Of a stretch of 39,677 nt of DNA, positions 6,420-16,406 are shown piece by piece. The notes under the pieces are model-generated. The model saw only the letters and a list, made by a program, of their open reading frames with translations, did not search any database and was not told where the DNA came from. Origin of the DNA: Congzhengia sp. (GTDB taxonomy: Bacteria; Bacillota; Clostridia; UBA1381; UBA9506). Each line of letters starts with the position of its first letter. The stretch's first letter is position 1. The position numbers were made by a program, and so were the translations under genes. The DNA is taken from contig JAZNIA010000068.1 of assembly GCA_045577195.1 (NCBI GenBank), positions 1 through 39,677 on the forward strand, in the 5' to 3' direction.

Positions 6420-8315
6420 CTATTCGTCGGTATCGCTTGTATGATCGGTTGGTTCAGGAGTCGAATTTTCTGTTTCGCCTCCGGAGGGGTTCCCCGGTGT
6501 GGGCGTTGCAGTTGGAGTAGATGTGATAGTTGATGTGGGCGTAGGTGTGGGAGTCGGAGTAGATGCCGCTCTACCACTGCTGATTTCTAAATCAATACCG
6601 GTATTTTTCTTCACCCTGTCACCCTCGGAACGGGATTGATCCACAACGGTTCCTTTGGACCTGGAACTGCTCACAGTTTTCGTTTCGCCCAGGCTTAAAC
6701 CTGCGCGTTCCAGCTCTCGTTCAGCCTCCTCTAAGGAAAGTCCAATTAAGCGGGGAACCTCTGTATATTCATCGTTATTATCTGCTTCTTTTCCGCTGCT
6801 GACATAAACCGTTACCACAGACTCTTTCGATAACGTTTCACCGGCTGCGGGGGAGGTTCCAATTACGCGACCTGCTGCCAAATCGTTATGGTCCTGCACT
6901 TCAAAGCGAACAGCAAAGCCCAAAGCCTCCAGCTGTTTTTTTGCATCAGATTGGCTTTTGCCGTAAAGAGACGGAATCACTTCTGTCTCTACGGGCTTGT
7001 CGCCTAAGACTACCGTGATTTTTGCGTTATTTTTTATCTTAATACCGCTTTTTGGATTCTGGCTGACAATAATGCCTTCCTCATGTCCAGAAATTTCCTT
7101 GCCGTTATCCAATACAACTTTCAGCTTTTTTCCACCCTTAATTTCATCAATGCGGTCTAAGGCTTCTGCGCAGGTGAGGTTCACCAAATCAGGGCAGGTT
7201 ACTTCGTTATTGGAGCCGCCAGTGGAGAAGAAAATCACGCAGACGAAAATCACTGCCAAAACGGCAAGTGCTGCGGTAATGCCGGCTGCAATGCCCAGTG
7301 CATCGCCCTTTTTCTTCTTTTTCTTTTTTGCACCGGCAGAATCACCTTTGGGAGCGGGTCTTTTCGCACCTGCTGCAGAGCCGTTTGGCTTGCGTGCGGG
7401 CGACTGGCTTGCGCCGGGGCGTTTTGCCGGTGCGCCGTTTGCGGTTGCAGGTCCCATTTTTTTGGCATGATCTGCGTTGTTATATTTCACGTCAGAGCCG
7501 ACATAAACTTTTTTCAGGTCAATGAGCATCTGTGTTGCAGACTGATAGCGTTCACTCTGTTCTTTTTTCATTGCCTTTAATATCACAGTCTCCAAAGAAC
7601 GGGGAATGGACATGTTAAACACAGACGGGCGAGTGGGGTCTTTCTCTAAATGCTGCATGGCAACACTGATTGCAGAATCGCCGTCAAAGGGCAACTTGCC
7701 TGTTACCATTTCGTAAAGCAGAATTCCCAAAGAATACAGATCGGTTTTTGCGTCTGTGAAACCGCCACGTGCCTGCTCAGGTGAGAAATAGTGCACACTG
7801 CCCATAGTCAGTCCGCCTGTGGCAATGGTGCCTTGGTTGAGCGCTTTTGCAATACCAAAATCGGTGATTTTCAAAATCCCCTCTTTTGTGATAATGATGT
7901 TTTCCGGTTTAATATCTTTGTGCACAATACCTTTTTTATGCGCGTGTTCTAAGCCGGAACAAATCTGGGACGCGTAGTCTACCGCTTCTTTCCACTGTAA
8001 AACGCCCTTTGTGTTCACATATTGCTTTAAGGTAATGCCCTCTACATACTCCATGACGATGTATTCGATGTCGTCCTCGTTTCCTACATCGTAAATCGAG
8101 ACAATGTTCGGGTGGGAAAGGCTTCCGGCAGACTGTGCCTCAATTTTAAACCGTTTGATAAATTCTGCGTCGTCACGGTATTCCGGACGCAGTACCTTAA
8201 TTGCAACATATCTGTTTAATACCAGACATTTTGCGCGGTACACAATCGCCATGCCGCCGCGACCGATTTCCTCGATTATTTCATATCTTCCATCAATAAT
8301 TTTTCCGTTCATCAT
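6420..8315 (-). CDS. pknB: PASTA-domain Ser/Thr protein kinase (Stk1/PrkC)
   Basis: GRGGMA, HKDIKPEN, DFG, YFSPEQ; one TM; three PASTA-like repeats; Thr/Pro-rich tail. Confidence 0.95.
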   Translation of the reverse strand: MMNGKIIDGRYEIIEEIGRGGMAIVYRAKCLVLNRYVAIKVLRPEYRDDAEFIKRFKIEAQSAGSLSHPNIVSIYDVGNEDDIEYIVMEYVEGITLKQYVNTKGVLQWKEAVDYASQICSGLEHAHKKGIVHKDIKPENIIITKEGILKITDFGIAKALNQGTIATGGLTMGSVHYFSPEQARGGFTDAKTDLYSLGILLYEMVTGKLPFDGDSAISVAMQHLEKDPTRPSVFNMSIPRSLETVILKAMKKEQSERYQSATQMLIDLKKVYVGSDVKYNNADHAKKMGPATANGAPAKRPGASQSPARKPNGSAAGAKRPAPKGDSAGAKKKKKKKGDALGIAAGITAALAVLAVIFVCVIFFSTGGSNNEVTCPDLVNLTCAEALDRIDEIKGGKKLKVVLDNGKEISGHEEGIIVSQNPKSGIKIKNNAKITVVLGDKPVETEVIPSLYGKSQSDAKKQLEALGFAVRFEVQDHNDLAAGRVIGTSPAAGETLSKESVVTVYVSSGKEADNNDEYTEVPRLIGLSLEEAERELERAGLSLGETKTVSSSRSKGTVVDQSRSEGDRVKKNTGIDLEISSGRAASTPTPTPTPTSTITSTPTATPTPGNPSGGETENSTPEPTDHTSDTDE

Positions 8316-8342
8316 AGCTTTTCATCTCCGTTTCTGTTCAAG

Positions 8343-9059
8343 TTAGAACTTAATTACAATCACGGTTATATTATCTGTACCGCCGGCAATCTCAGCTTCT
8401 GCGACCAATGCGTTTGCCGCATATTCCATAGACGCTGCACATTTTATTACCGACAGAATTTTCTCGTCGTCCACCATGTTTACCAAACCATCGGAGCATA
8501 AAAGCACGATGTCCTCCGGCTCGGTTTGAAATTCATATACATCAGCTTCTACGTTTTTGTCCGTGCCGACGGCGCGGGTAATCACGTTTCGCTGCGGATG
8601 GTGCTTTGCCTCTTCCTTTGTGATAGAGCCGCTGTCCACCAACATTTCTACCAAGGAATGGTCTTTTGTGATTTGTGTAATTTCATCTTTTCGGATTAAG
8701 TACAATCGGGAGTCGCCTACCTGCACCGCCGTCACGTTCTTTTCGGTCACGATGGCTGCGGTGATGGTGGTGCCCATACCGGAGAGCTTTTTCTTTTTGA
8801 TGCTCATTTCATAAATTTCGTGGTTTGCATCGGCAACGGCTTTAATTAAAACATCTTTGAGCGGTTCGCCGGTTTTGCCTAGCACGTCCTTTTGAATGAT
8901 GCCAACGGCCTCGCCACTGGCGATTTCGCCTGCGTTGTGCCCGCCCATGCCATCTGCGACAATGGCAAGCAGTGTGCCCGAGCCTGGCTCGGAGACGAAA
9001 TATGAGTCTTCGTTGAGCGGTCGGATACATCCGACGCTGGTTGCAGAACCTACTTCCAT
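8343..9059 (-). CDS. stp: PP2C-type Ser/Thr phosphatase (Stp1/PrpC)
   Basis: NED, VADGMGGH, GDSR, CSDGL, DNIT. Confidence 0.95.
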   Translation of the reverse strand: MEVGSATSVGCIRPLNEDSYFVSEPGSGTLLAIVADGMGGHNAGEIASGEAVGIIQKDVLGKTGEPLKDVLIKAVADANHEIYEMSIKKKKLSGMGTTITAAIVTEKNVTAVQVGDSRLYLIRKDEITQITKDHSLVEMLVDSGSITKEEAKHHPQRNVITRAVGTDKNVEADVYEFQTEPEDIVLLCSDGLVNMVDDEKILSVIKCAASMEYAANALVAEAEIAGGTDNITVIVIKF

Positions 9060-9071
9060 TTTATATCACCT

Positions 9072-10121
9072 CTAACTTTGTGTCTCGTTTTTTGTAGATT
9101 GTGTTTTCTTTCTAAGCTGACCGCAGGCGGCATCAATATCGCTGCCAAGCTCGCGGCGTATCGTTGCATTTAGGCCTCGCCGGATCAGTCTTTGCTGAAA
9201 CTGAAGCACATGCTTTGCATCTGTTTTCTGATACGTTGTTTCCCGTACGTTGTTTACGGGAATCAGGTTAATGTGATAGAGCCCGCCAGAAAAGAGGGAA
9301 GCCAGTTTTTCGGCGCAGGCAACGGTGTCATTCTTGCCGGCAATCAGCGCATATTCAATGCTGATCCGTCGATTGGTTTTTGCGATATAGTCTTTCATTG
9401 CGAGAGTCAGCTGCGATAAAGGGTATGCCTTGTTTACAGGCATCATCTCGCTGCGCATTTCATCAAAGGGTGCGTGGAGCGAAACAGATAACGTAATCGG
9501 AAATCCCAAATCTGCCAAATCGTAAATCCTGGGCACGATGCCACAGGTGGAAAGGGAAATATGCCGGTATCCAATGTTAACAGAATCCGGGTGGTTCACA
9601 ATTTTTAAGAATTTTACCACATTATCAAAATTGTCCAGCGGCTCTCCAATGCCCATCATGACAATGTTGGAAATCCGTTCGCCCATTTCCCGCTCTGCCG
9701 CCAGAATCTGTTCTATCATTTCGCCGGCGGTCAGATTTCTGACTTTGCCGCCGATGGTAGATGCGCAGAAGGTGCATCCCATAGCGCAGCCAACCTGCGA
9801 GGAGATGCAAAGGGTGTTACCATGCTTGTATTTCATGAACACGCTTTCAATATAGTTTCCGTCGGAAAGGGAAAATAAAAATTTTACAGTGCCGTCGTTT
9901 TTGGAAACCTGTTTTTGCGCGCACGCTAAGTTGCCAATTTGATATTTTTCTGAAAGTTTGGCGCGCAAATCTTTCGAAAGCGTGGTAATCTCCGAAATAT
10001 CGTTTACCCGAAATAGTGCAGAATAAATCTGCTTTGCGCGAAAGGCAGGCAAACCGAGAGATGCGCAGAGTGCGCTGACTTCTTCTATTGTAAAACTTCT
10101 TAAATCCGTTTTTGGTTCCAT
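9072..10121 (-). CDS. rlmN: 23S rRNA m2A2503 / tRNA m2A37 methyltransferase
   Basis: CAMGCTFC radical-SAM motif, MGIGEPL, DIDAACGQL; start moved to ATG 10121 (RBS AAAGGAA, no overlap with rsmB). Confidence 0.95.
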   Translation of the reverse strand: MEPKTDLRSFTIEEVSALCASLGLPAFRAKQIYSALFRVNDISEITTLSKDLRAKLSEKYQIGNLACAQKQVSKNDGTVKFLFSLSDGNYIESVFMKYKHGNTLCISSQVGCAMGCTFCASTIGGKVRNLTAGEMIEQILAAEREMGERISNIVMMGIGEPLDNFDNVVKFLKIVNHPDSVNIGYRHISLSTCGIVPRIYDLADLGFPITLSVSLHAPFDEMRSEMMPVNKAYPLSQLTLAMKDYIAKTNRRISIEYALIAGKNDTVACAEKLASLFSGGLYHINLIPVNNVRETTYQKTDAKHVLQFQQRLIRRGLNATIRRELGSDIDAACGQLRKKTQSTKNETQS

Positions 10122-10138
10122 AGCGTTCCTTTCGCGTT

Positions 10139-11479
10139 TTATTTTCTTATCATACGGCATACAAAAAAGCCGTCGGAATTGTCAGTGTCAGGGAACATCT
10201 CCAGTATTCCCGTTTTCGCCCGCGCAGAAAGCGGGTCTGTAATATGAGGACTGTCAATCGGAGAGAGGGAAAACTCCGGATTCTCCGTTAAAAACCATTC
10301 CACCATTTCGCGGTTTTCGGACGGGTTTAACGTGCAGGTGGAATACACCAAAACCCCGCCGTGTTTCACATATTGTTTGGCGGTTGTTAAAATTTTGCGC
10401 TGCATGTCATTCAGTTCAGCAAAATCTGTAATATTTTCCTTATATTTTATGTCCGGCTTACGGCGAATAATACCCAGTCCCGAGCAGGGTACGTCGAGGA
10501 GCACCTTGTCTGCTTTTTCGATAAACGCTTCCATCAGAATACTAGCGTCGTGCGGTTTGGTCTCAATGATGGAAAGCTCCAGCCGTTTTGCGGCATCGTT
10601 TACCGCCATAAGCCGCTTTTCGTACAGGTCAAAGGCATATATTTTGCCCACATTTTCCATCAGCTCTGCAAGATGGGTGGTTTTTCCGCCAGGTGCGGCG
10701 CATAAATCCAGCACCACGTCACCTTTTTGAGGAGACAGGGCAAGGGCAGCAAGCTGAGAGCTTTGGTCCTGCACGGTAAATCGCGTGGCGAGGGCGCGGC
10801 GCGTTGCCTCGTCGGCATGGGTTAAATATAATCCGCAGTCCGTGTAAGGTGTCGGCTTAGCTTCAATGCCGGACTGCAAAAGCAACTCTTTGAGCTCGTC
10901 TCGCGTGTTTTTCAGAAGGTTTACCCGCACGCAAAGATCAGGAGTTTCGTTTCCTGCCGCAAGAAGTGTTTCTGCTCTTTTCCCGAAGGTTTTCACGAAA
11001 AATGCGGTGAGCGGTTCGGGATAAGAATATTTCACACTGAGATACTGAATGCGGTCATTTGACAGGGCAGACAAGTCTACTTGCTTATTTTCAGGCAAAT
11101 CCCGCAGGATCCCGCGCAAAACAGCGTTGACAAATCCGGAGGTTCTGCCTTTTGCATATTTTTTTGCCAATGATACGCTTTCTGCTACAACGGCATAGTC
11201 GGGTACCTTGTCCATAAAATAAATCTGGTAAACGCCCATGCGCAAAAGGGTTAAAATACGCGGTTCAATTTTTTTCAGCCGAAGAGAAGAGTGGCGTCTG
11301 ATGACGTAGTCTAAAAGCAGCTTTTTGCGGTACACACCGAAAATCAGTTCTTTTGCAAACGCAATATCTGTTTTTTTGAAGGATTCTCTTTGAAAGATGT
11401 CTGCAAAAACAAGGTTTAAGTAGCCGTTTTTTGATTCGGTTTCGTATAAAACAATGAGCGCTGCCTCTCTTACCGTCAT
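10139..11479 (-). CDS. rsmB: 16S rRNA m5C967 methyltransferase
   Basis: NusB-like N-terminus, DLCAAPGGKT, DVPCSGLG, YSTCT. Confidence 0.95.
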   Translation of the reverse strand: MTVREAALIVLYETESKNGYLNLVFADIFQRESFKKTDIAFAKELIFGVYRKKLLLDYVIRRHSSLRLKKIEPRILTLLRMGVYQIYFMDKVPDYAVVAESVSLAKKYAKGRTSGFVNAVLRGILRDLPENKQVDLSALSNDRIQYLSVKYSYPEPLTAFFVKTFGKRAETLLAAGNETPDLCVRVNLLKNTRDELKELLLQSGIEAKPTPYTDCGLYLTHADEATRRALATRFTVQDQSSQLAALALSPQKGDVVLDLCAAPGGKTTHLAELMENVGKIYAFDLYEKRLMAVNDAAKRLELSIIETKPHDASILMEAFIEKADKVLLDVPCSGLGIIRRKPDIKYKENITDFAELNDMQRKILTTAKQYVKHGGVLVYSTCTLNPSENREMVEWFLTENPEFSLSPIDSPHITDPLSARAKTGILEMFPDTDNSDGFFVCRMIRK

Positions 11480-11497
11480 AGTTTCACTCCTTTTTTA

Positions 11498-12157
11498 TTA
11501 CATCATAGGTTCTCCGCGCTCGTTTAAAATCCCCGTACGGAGAATGGAAACGGTTTGCGGCGTAAAGCCTTCGATATATGTTTTCATTGCCTCTATCAAA
11601 ACGTCGGGTTTTAGGTTTGCGTTGCTTCCTGCGGAAATGATGGCGGAAAAACGAGCGCCCGTGTCGGTGGAGTCTGTGAGCTGAAGATGCATGATGTCGG
11701 GTTTAATATCTGCAATTGCTTCACTTCGTTTGGTCTTTTTTAAGACCTCGATGGAGTCTAAGGACAAAAACGCATCAATCTGTCCGTCGGACAATGGACT
11801 GTCTACGCTGATTTCGTAGCTTGCATAGCGAATTTCTTTTGGTTTTCTAGAAGTTTCGTTTAGCTCTCCGATTTGCGGAATCTCCATTCCGAGCGGGAGC
11901 GCGCCTTTGAGCTTTTTGATTGCCTCCAGCATACCGACACCTTTTTCAAACTCTACGTCGATATACTCGCAGGCGGATTCTGTTCCCACGGAAAGGGGCA
12001 GCAAGACTGCCATTTTCGGGTGCGGATTAAAGCCCTGTGAATACGCAACAGGAAGCTCTGCGCGGTGAAATATTCTGGTAAACAGGCGAATCAGGTCCAA
12101 ATGAGACACATATTTCATATCACCGAATTTGGTGAACTGGATTCGGAATTTAGCCAC
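11498..12157 (-). CDS. Radical SAM-linked protein (TIGR03936/DUF2344-like)
   Basis: KYVSHLD...YSQGFNPHPK...PLSVGTES signature; GTG start at 12157 after GGAGGTG, overlapping the upstream stop. Confidence 0.88.
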   Translation of the reverse strand: MAKFRIQFTKFGDMKYVSHLDLIRLFTRIFHRAELPVAYSQGFNPHPKMAVLLPLSVGTESACEYIDVEFEKGVGMLEAIKKLKGALPLGMEIPQIGELNETSRKPKEIRYASYEISVDSPLSDGQIDAFLSLDSIEVLKKTKRSEAIADIKPDIMHLQLTDSTDTGARFSAIISAGSNANLKPDVLIEAMKTYIEGFTPQTVSILRTGILNERGEPMM

Positions 12158-13982
12158 AATAATCACCTCCGAACGTTGGAATTACGCCGCAACCGGCGCA
12201 CTTTTCACGGCAGTTTTTGGTTGTTTCGCCGCGTTTTGCTTTTTCGCTTTCGTTTTGCAGAAATTTCTTGGTTACGCCCACGTCAATATGGTCCCAAGGC
12301 AGAATTTCTTCATAACTTCGCTCGCGTGCGTTGTAGAAAAGCGGGTCAATTCCTGTATTTTCGAATGCGGTTTGCCATAGGTCAGGTTTAAAAAACTCAT
12401 GCCAGCTGTCAAATTTTGCGCCCAGACGGTGCGCTTCAACCAATACTGCGGAAAGCCGACGGTCACCCCGGGCAAACACGCCTTCCATTGCGCTCAAAGA
12501 AGAATCGTGCCAGTTATAGGAAACATAGCGGTTTTTAATAGCGTCCTTGAGCAGCATTTGCTTTTGGAAAAGCTGGGGCTGTGTGTTTTGACCGACCCAC
12601 TGAAAGGGCGTAAACGGCTTAGGAACAAAGGAGGAAACGCTTACAGTTACGCGCAGGTTCTTGTTTCTGATTTCTTTCGGCGTGTGCTTGTAAATGCTTA
12701 CAACCTCGTCTGCCAAGTGGGAAATTCCCAAAATGTCATCCTCCGTCTCCGTGGGAAGACCGATCATAAAGTAAAGCTTAATGGTGCCATAGCCGCCGCT
12801 GAAAGCCATTTGCGCGGCGTTTGTCAAATCCGCTTCGGTAATGTTTTTGTTAATGACATCGCGCAGACGCTGCGTGCCCGCCTCGGGCGCGAAGGTCAGA
12901 CCGGATTTTCGCACCTTTTGTACCTTTTGCATCAGTTCCATAGAGAAATTGTCTAAACGCAGCGAGGGCAGGGAAAGTCCGATTTTCTTCTGCTCGGTCA
13001 TTTCGAGCAATCCGTCTGTCAGCTCTTTAAGCCGCGTGTAATCGCTGGTCGAAAGACTGGATAGGGAGATTTCCTCATACCCCGTGTTTTTAATCAGGCG
13101 CTCAGCCAAGGACAAAAGCGTTTCGGGAGAACGCTCCCGTACGGGGCGGTAAATCATGCCTGCCTGACAAAATCTGCAGCCGCGGATACACCCGCGGAAC
13201 ACTTCCAGCATGATTCTGTCATGCACAATTTCCATAAAGGGAACAATGATATTGTCCGGTGCAAAACAGTTGTCAAAATCCTTGATAATGCGTTTTGTAA
13301 TTTTTTCGGGCGCCATCTCAAAGTTTTTCTCAAATGTACGGATGGTGCCGTCACTGTTATAGGAAACATCGTAAAATTTCGGAACGTAAATGCCGGGGAG
13401 TTTTACGATTTCTTTTAAAAATGCATCTTTCGTTCCGCCGTTTTTCTTCACGTCGCGGTAGATGTCCATAACCTCTAACATGAGTTCTTCGCCCTCGCCG
13501 AGCATGAAGAAGTCAATGAAATCTGCAAGAGGCTCAGGGTTATAGGCACAGGGACCTCCGGCGCAGATAATCGGGAAATCGTCGCCGCGGTCTTTTGCGT
13601 AAAAGGGAATACCGCCTAAGTCCAGCATGTTTAAAATGTTGGTGTAACTCATTTCATACTGGAGCGTAAACCCTAAAAAATCAAATTCCTTTGCTGGCGT
13701 TTTGGTTTCTAAGGAAAACAGCGGAATCTGGTTTGTCCGCATTTGTTCTTCCATATCCACCCAGGGGGTGAAAAATCGCTCGCAGTAAATATCGTTGGCG
13801 GAGTTAAGCAGATGATAAAGAATTTTCATGCCCAGATGAGACATGCCGATTTCGTACACATCAGCAAAGCAAAATCCAAAACGGATCCCAATGCCTGATA
13901 GGTTTTTGTGCACACTGTTATATTCATTCCCGATATAGCGGGAGGGTTTTTCTACCTTGTTTAAAATTGCATCTAAGTTCAT
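12150..13982 (-). CDS. TIGR03960-family B12-binding radical SAM protein
   Basis: KPSRYIGNE N-terminus, RGCIRGCRFC, APEAGTQRLR, C-terminal LPWDHID...CREKCAGCG. Confidence 0.92.
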   Translation of the reverse strand: MNLDAILNKVEKPSRYIGNEYNSVHKNLSGIGIRFGFCFADVYEIGMSHLGMKILYHLLNSANDIYCERFFTPWVDMEEQMRTNQIPLFSLETKTPAKEFDFLGFTLQYEMSYTNILNMLDLGGIPFYAKDRGDDFPIICAGGPCAYNPEPLADFIDFFMLGEGEELMLEVMDIYRDVKKNGGTKDAFLKEIVKLPGIYVPKFYDVSYNSDGTIRTFEKNFEMAPEKITKRIIKDFDNCFAPDNIIVPFMEIVHDRIMLEVFRGCIRGCRFCQAGMIYRPVRERSPETLLSLAERLIKNTGYEEISLSSLSTSDYTRLKELTDGLLEMTEQKKIGLSLPSLRLDNFSMELMQKVQKVRKSGLTFAPEAGTQRLRDVINKNITEADLTNAAQMAFSGGYGTIKLYFMIGLPTETEDDILGISHLADEVVSIYKHTPKEIRNKNLRVTVSVSSFVPKPFTPFQWVGQNTQPQLFQKQMLLKDAIKNRYVSYNWHDSSLSAMEGVFARGDRRLSAVLVEAHRLGAKFDSWHEFFKPDLWQTAFENTGIDPLFYNARERSYEEILPWDHIDVGVTKKFLQNESEKAKRGETTKNCREKCAGCGVIPTFGGDYCG

Positions 13983-13998
13983 AGGTTCCTCCGGAAAA

Positions 13999-14745
13999 TC
14001 AGTTTTTTCCTGTTATTTGTTTTAAGTAGGTCAAAGACGGGAGTCTGCGCCCTAAAATGTGCTCACACATACTTTCGGTGCAGTGCTCAAATTCGTTGAT
14101 GTCAGCAGGTGCGAGTGTAAATGAAAATGCTTTTTTATCGTCTGCATGCTGGCAATAGCGCATGGCAGCCAAGGCATTTTGTGTGACAATTGCGGTGTCG
14201 GGTGTATTTGCGCAGCTGCGGCAAAGCGCCCCACCCGCAGACGGGCTGAAAAAACACAAATGATCGGTTTCACCGCACGAGACGCAACTGTCCAGTTCGG
14301 GGAAAAACCCCAGATGGCATAAAAGCCGTAGCTCAAAGGCGCATTTTACCAGCCCCATGTTTTTATTCGCGTTGGAAAGGAGGTAAAATGTGTTCAGCAC
14401 CAAAGGAAGCACCGCTTTTGCATCGTCAGCAGATGGGGCAAAGGTTTGGGTCAGTTCTGCAATATAGGCGGCAAAGGAAAGTCGCTCGATATTGGAAGAA
14501 AGACCGTAAAAACCCTCTTTCCGGCTGGCAGATGCCACGATATATTTTCCGCGGTCCTGCCGCAGAAGAAATTCGCTGTATGTAAAGGCGCTTACGCCTG
14601 CTGCCAGTTTACTTTTCATGTTTTTGATACCTTTGGCAGAGGCGGACACAAGTCCCGCCTCAGGGGTTAGAATTTTAAGGATGGCATCTTTTTCGCCCAC
14701 AAAGGTGCGTGCCAAAACGAAGCCGTCTGTTTTAATCAGTTCCAT
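13999..14745 (-). CDS. recO: DNA repair protein RecO
   Basis: N-terminal OB fold, CVSCG...CRSC zinc finger, follows era. Confidence 0.9.
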   Translation of the reverse strand: MELIKTDGFVLARTFVGEKDAILKILTPEAGLVSASAKGIKNMKSKLAAGVSAFTYSEFLLRQDRGKYIVASASRKEGFYGLSSNIERLSFAAYIAELTQTFAPSADDAKAVLPLVLNTFYLLSNANKNMGLVKCAFELRLLCHLGFFPELDSCVSCGETDHLCFFSPSAGGALCRSCANTPDTAIVTQNALAAMRYCQHADDKKAFSFTLAPADINEFEHCTESMCEHILGRRLPSLTYLKQITGKN

Positions 14746-14760
14746 GAAAACACGTCCGTT

Positions 14761-15648
14761 TTAAAGTTCAAATCCAAAATTTGCAATCTTGCCCCGCTTG
14801 TTTCGCCAGTCCTCGTTGACCTTGACCCAAAGGGACAAAAATACTTTTTTGTCATGCATGCGCTCTAGCTCCGTGCGGGCTTCCGTGCCGATTTTCTTCA
14901 GCATTTCGCCACCTTTGCCAATGATAATACCTTTGTGCGACTGCTTTTCGCAATAAATGTTTGCCTCAATGGAAATGCCGTTTTTCGTCTCTTTCATCAT
15001 GAAAATTTCAATGGCAATCCCGTGGGGCACCTCTTTGTTTAAGCTGCGGAGCAGCTTTTCGCGGATAATCTCCGCGGCAATCTGTCGTTCGGGCTGATCG
15101 GTTATCATGTCCTCGGGGAAATACTGCGGTCCCTCTTTTATAAAAGGCATCAGCTCTTTTTTTACGGTATCTACGCCGTCATTGCGTCTTGCAGAAATCG
15201 GAATTACTGCTGCAAAGTCAAACTCGTCTGTATATGCCTTGATGACCGCAAGTAAAACGTCCTTTTGCACGGTATCAATTTTATTGATAATCAGAATAAC
15301 GGGTGCATTTTGTTTTTTTAAGTTTTCTAAAATCTTCACTTCGGTTCGACCGACGTTGGCAATCGGTTCTACCAACAACAAAATTGCGTCGGTATCGTGC
15401 ATGGCATCGGTTGCGGATTTCACCATCAGTTCCGCGAGCATACTGGTTGGCTCGTGAATGCCCGGTGTGTCGGTGAATACAATCTGCGTATTGTCCTCGG
15501 TTAAGATACCTAAGATGTTGTTTCGGGTGGTTTGCGGTTTACTCGAAATAATGGCGATTTTCTCGCCCACAAGCCGGTTGATCAGCGTTGATTTCCCAAC
15601 GTTTGGCCTGCCGATGATGCTGACAAAGCCCGATTTAAATTCCTGCAT
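14761..15648 (-). CDS. era: GTPase Era
   Basis: GRPNVGKST, QTTR, DTPG, NKID, KH domain GIIIGKGG; ATG 15648 with AGGAG RBS. Confidence 0.97.
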   Translation of the reverse strand: MQEFKSGFVSIIGRPNVGKSTLINRLVGEKIAIISSKPQTTRNNILGILTEDNTQIVFTDTPGIHEPTSMLAELMVKSATDAMHDTDAILLLVEPIANVGRTEVKILENLKKQNAPVILIINKIDTVQKDVLLAVIKAYTDEFDFAAVIPISARRNDGVDTVKKELMPFIKEGPQYFPEDMITDQPERQIAAEIIREKLLRSLNKEVPHGIAIEIFMMKETKNGISIEANIYCEKQSHKGIIIGKGGEMLKKIGTEARTELERMHDKKVFLSLWVKVNEDWRNKRGKIANFGFEL

Positions 15649-15659
15649 CTGATTTCTCC

Positions 15660-16406
15660 TCAATCATTTTTAAATTTTTTCCCGTGCAGCAAAACCGTAA
15701 AACCAAACTTCGGCAATGCCAGCATACGAATCGCGCGGGAGGGTTGTTTTAAAAGACGGTAGAGCCACTCAATCCCAAGCTTTTGAAAGATAACGGGCGC
15801 ACGCTTTGCTGTTCCTGCAAACACGTCAAGACTTCCGCCGAGCCCCATTAAAACCTTTGCTGAAAGTTCGTCCTTGTGTGTATCGATCCAACATTCTTGT
15901 TTTGGAAAGCCCAGACAAACAAACAAAAGGTCGGGCTTTTTTTCTTTTATGTCCGCGATAATCTGTTTTTCTTTTTCTTCGTCGAAATAACCGTCCTGGG
16001 TGCCGCAAATTTGTGTTCCGGGGTAGAGCGCGCAGATTTTCTCCGCGGCTGCTTCAGCCACGCCGGGTTTTCCGCCAAACAAATACACGGTTTTTCCTGT
16101 TCCTGCAATCTTTTTTAAAACAACGTTTGCAAGGTCAAATCCGCTTACGCGTTCTAAAAGAGGCTTTTTTAAAATCTTGGATGCGTGAACAACACCAATG
16201 CCGTCGGGCGTTATCAGATCGCCGCGGTTTAAAACTTCCATGTATGACGGGTTTTTATACGCATACAGAATAATTTCGGAATTAGGCGTATAAACGGTTT
16301 TGGGCAGGTCCTGCTCCATGGCTTGCACAAGCACACTTGCAGCCTCCTCCATGGTGTAGGTATCCACGCCCACGCCTAAAACGTTGAGTCGTTTTCTGTC
16401 AATCAT
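15660..16406 (-). CDS. tagA: WecB/TagA/CpsF family glycosyltransferase (GT26)
   Basis: TPNSE, PDGIG, RVSGFDL, LGFPKQE, GGSLD, KRAP, EWLYRL. Confidence 0.9.
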   Translation of the reverse strand: MIDRKRLNVLGVGVDTYTMEEAASVLVQAMEQDLPKTVYTPNSEIILYAYKNPSYMEVLNRGDLITPDGIGVVHASKILKKPLLERVSGFDLANVVLKKIAGTGKTVYLFGGKPGVAEAAAEKICALYPGTQICGTQDGYFDEEKEKQIIADIKEKKPDLLFVCLGFPKQECWIDTHKDELSAKVLMGLGGSLDVFAGTAKRAPVIFQKLGIEWLYRLLKQPSRAIRMLALPKFGFTVLLHGKKFKND

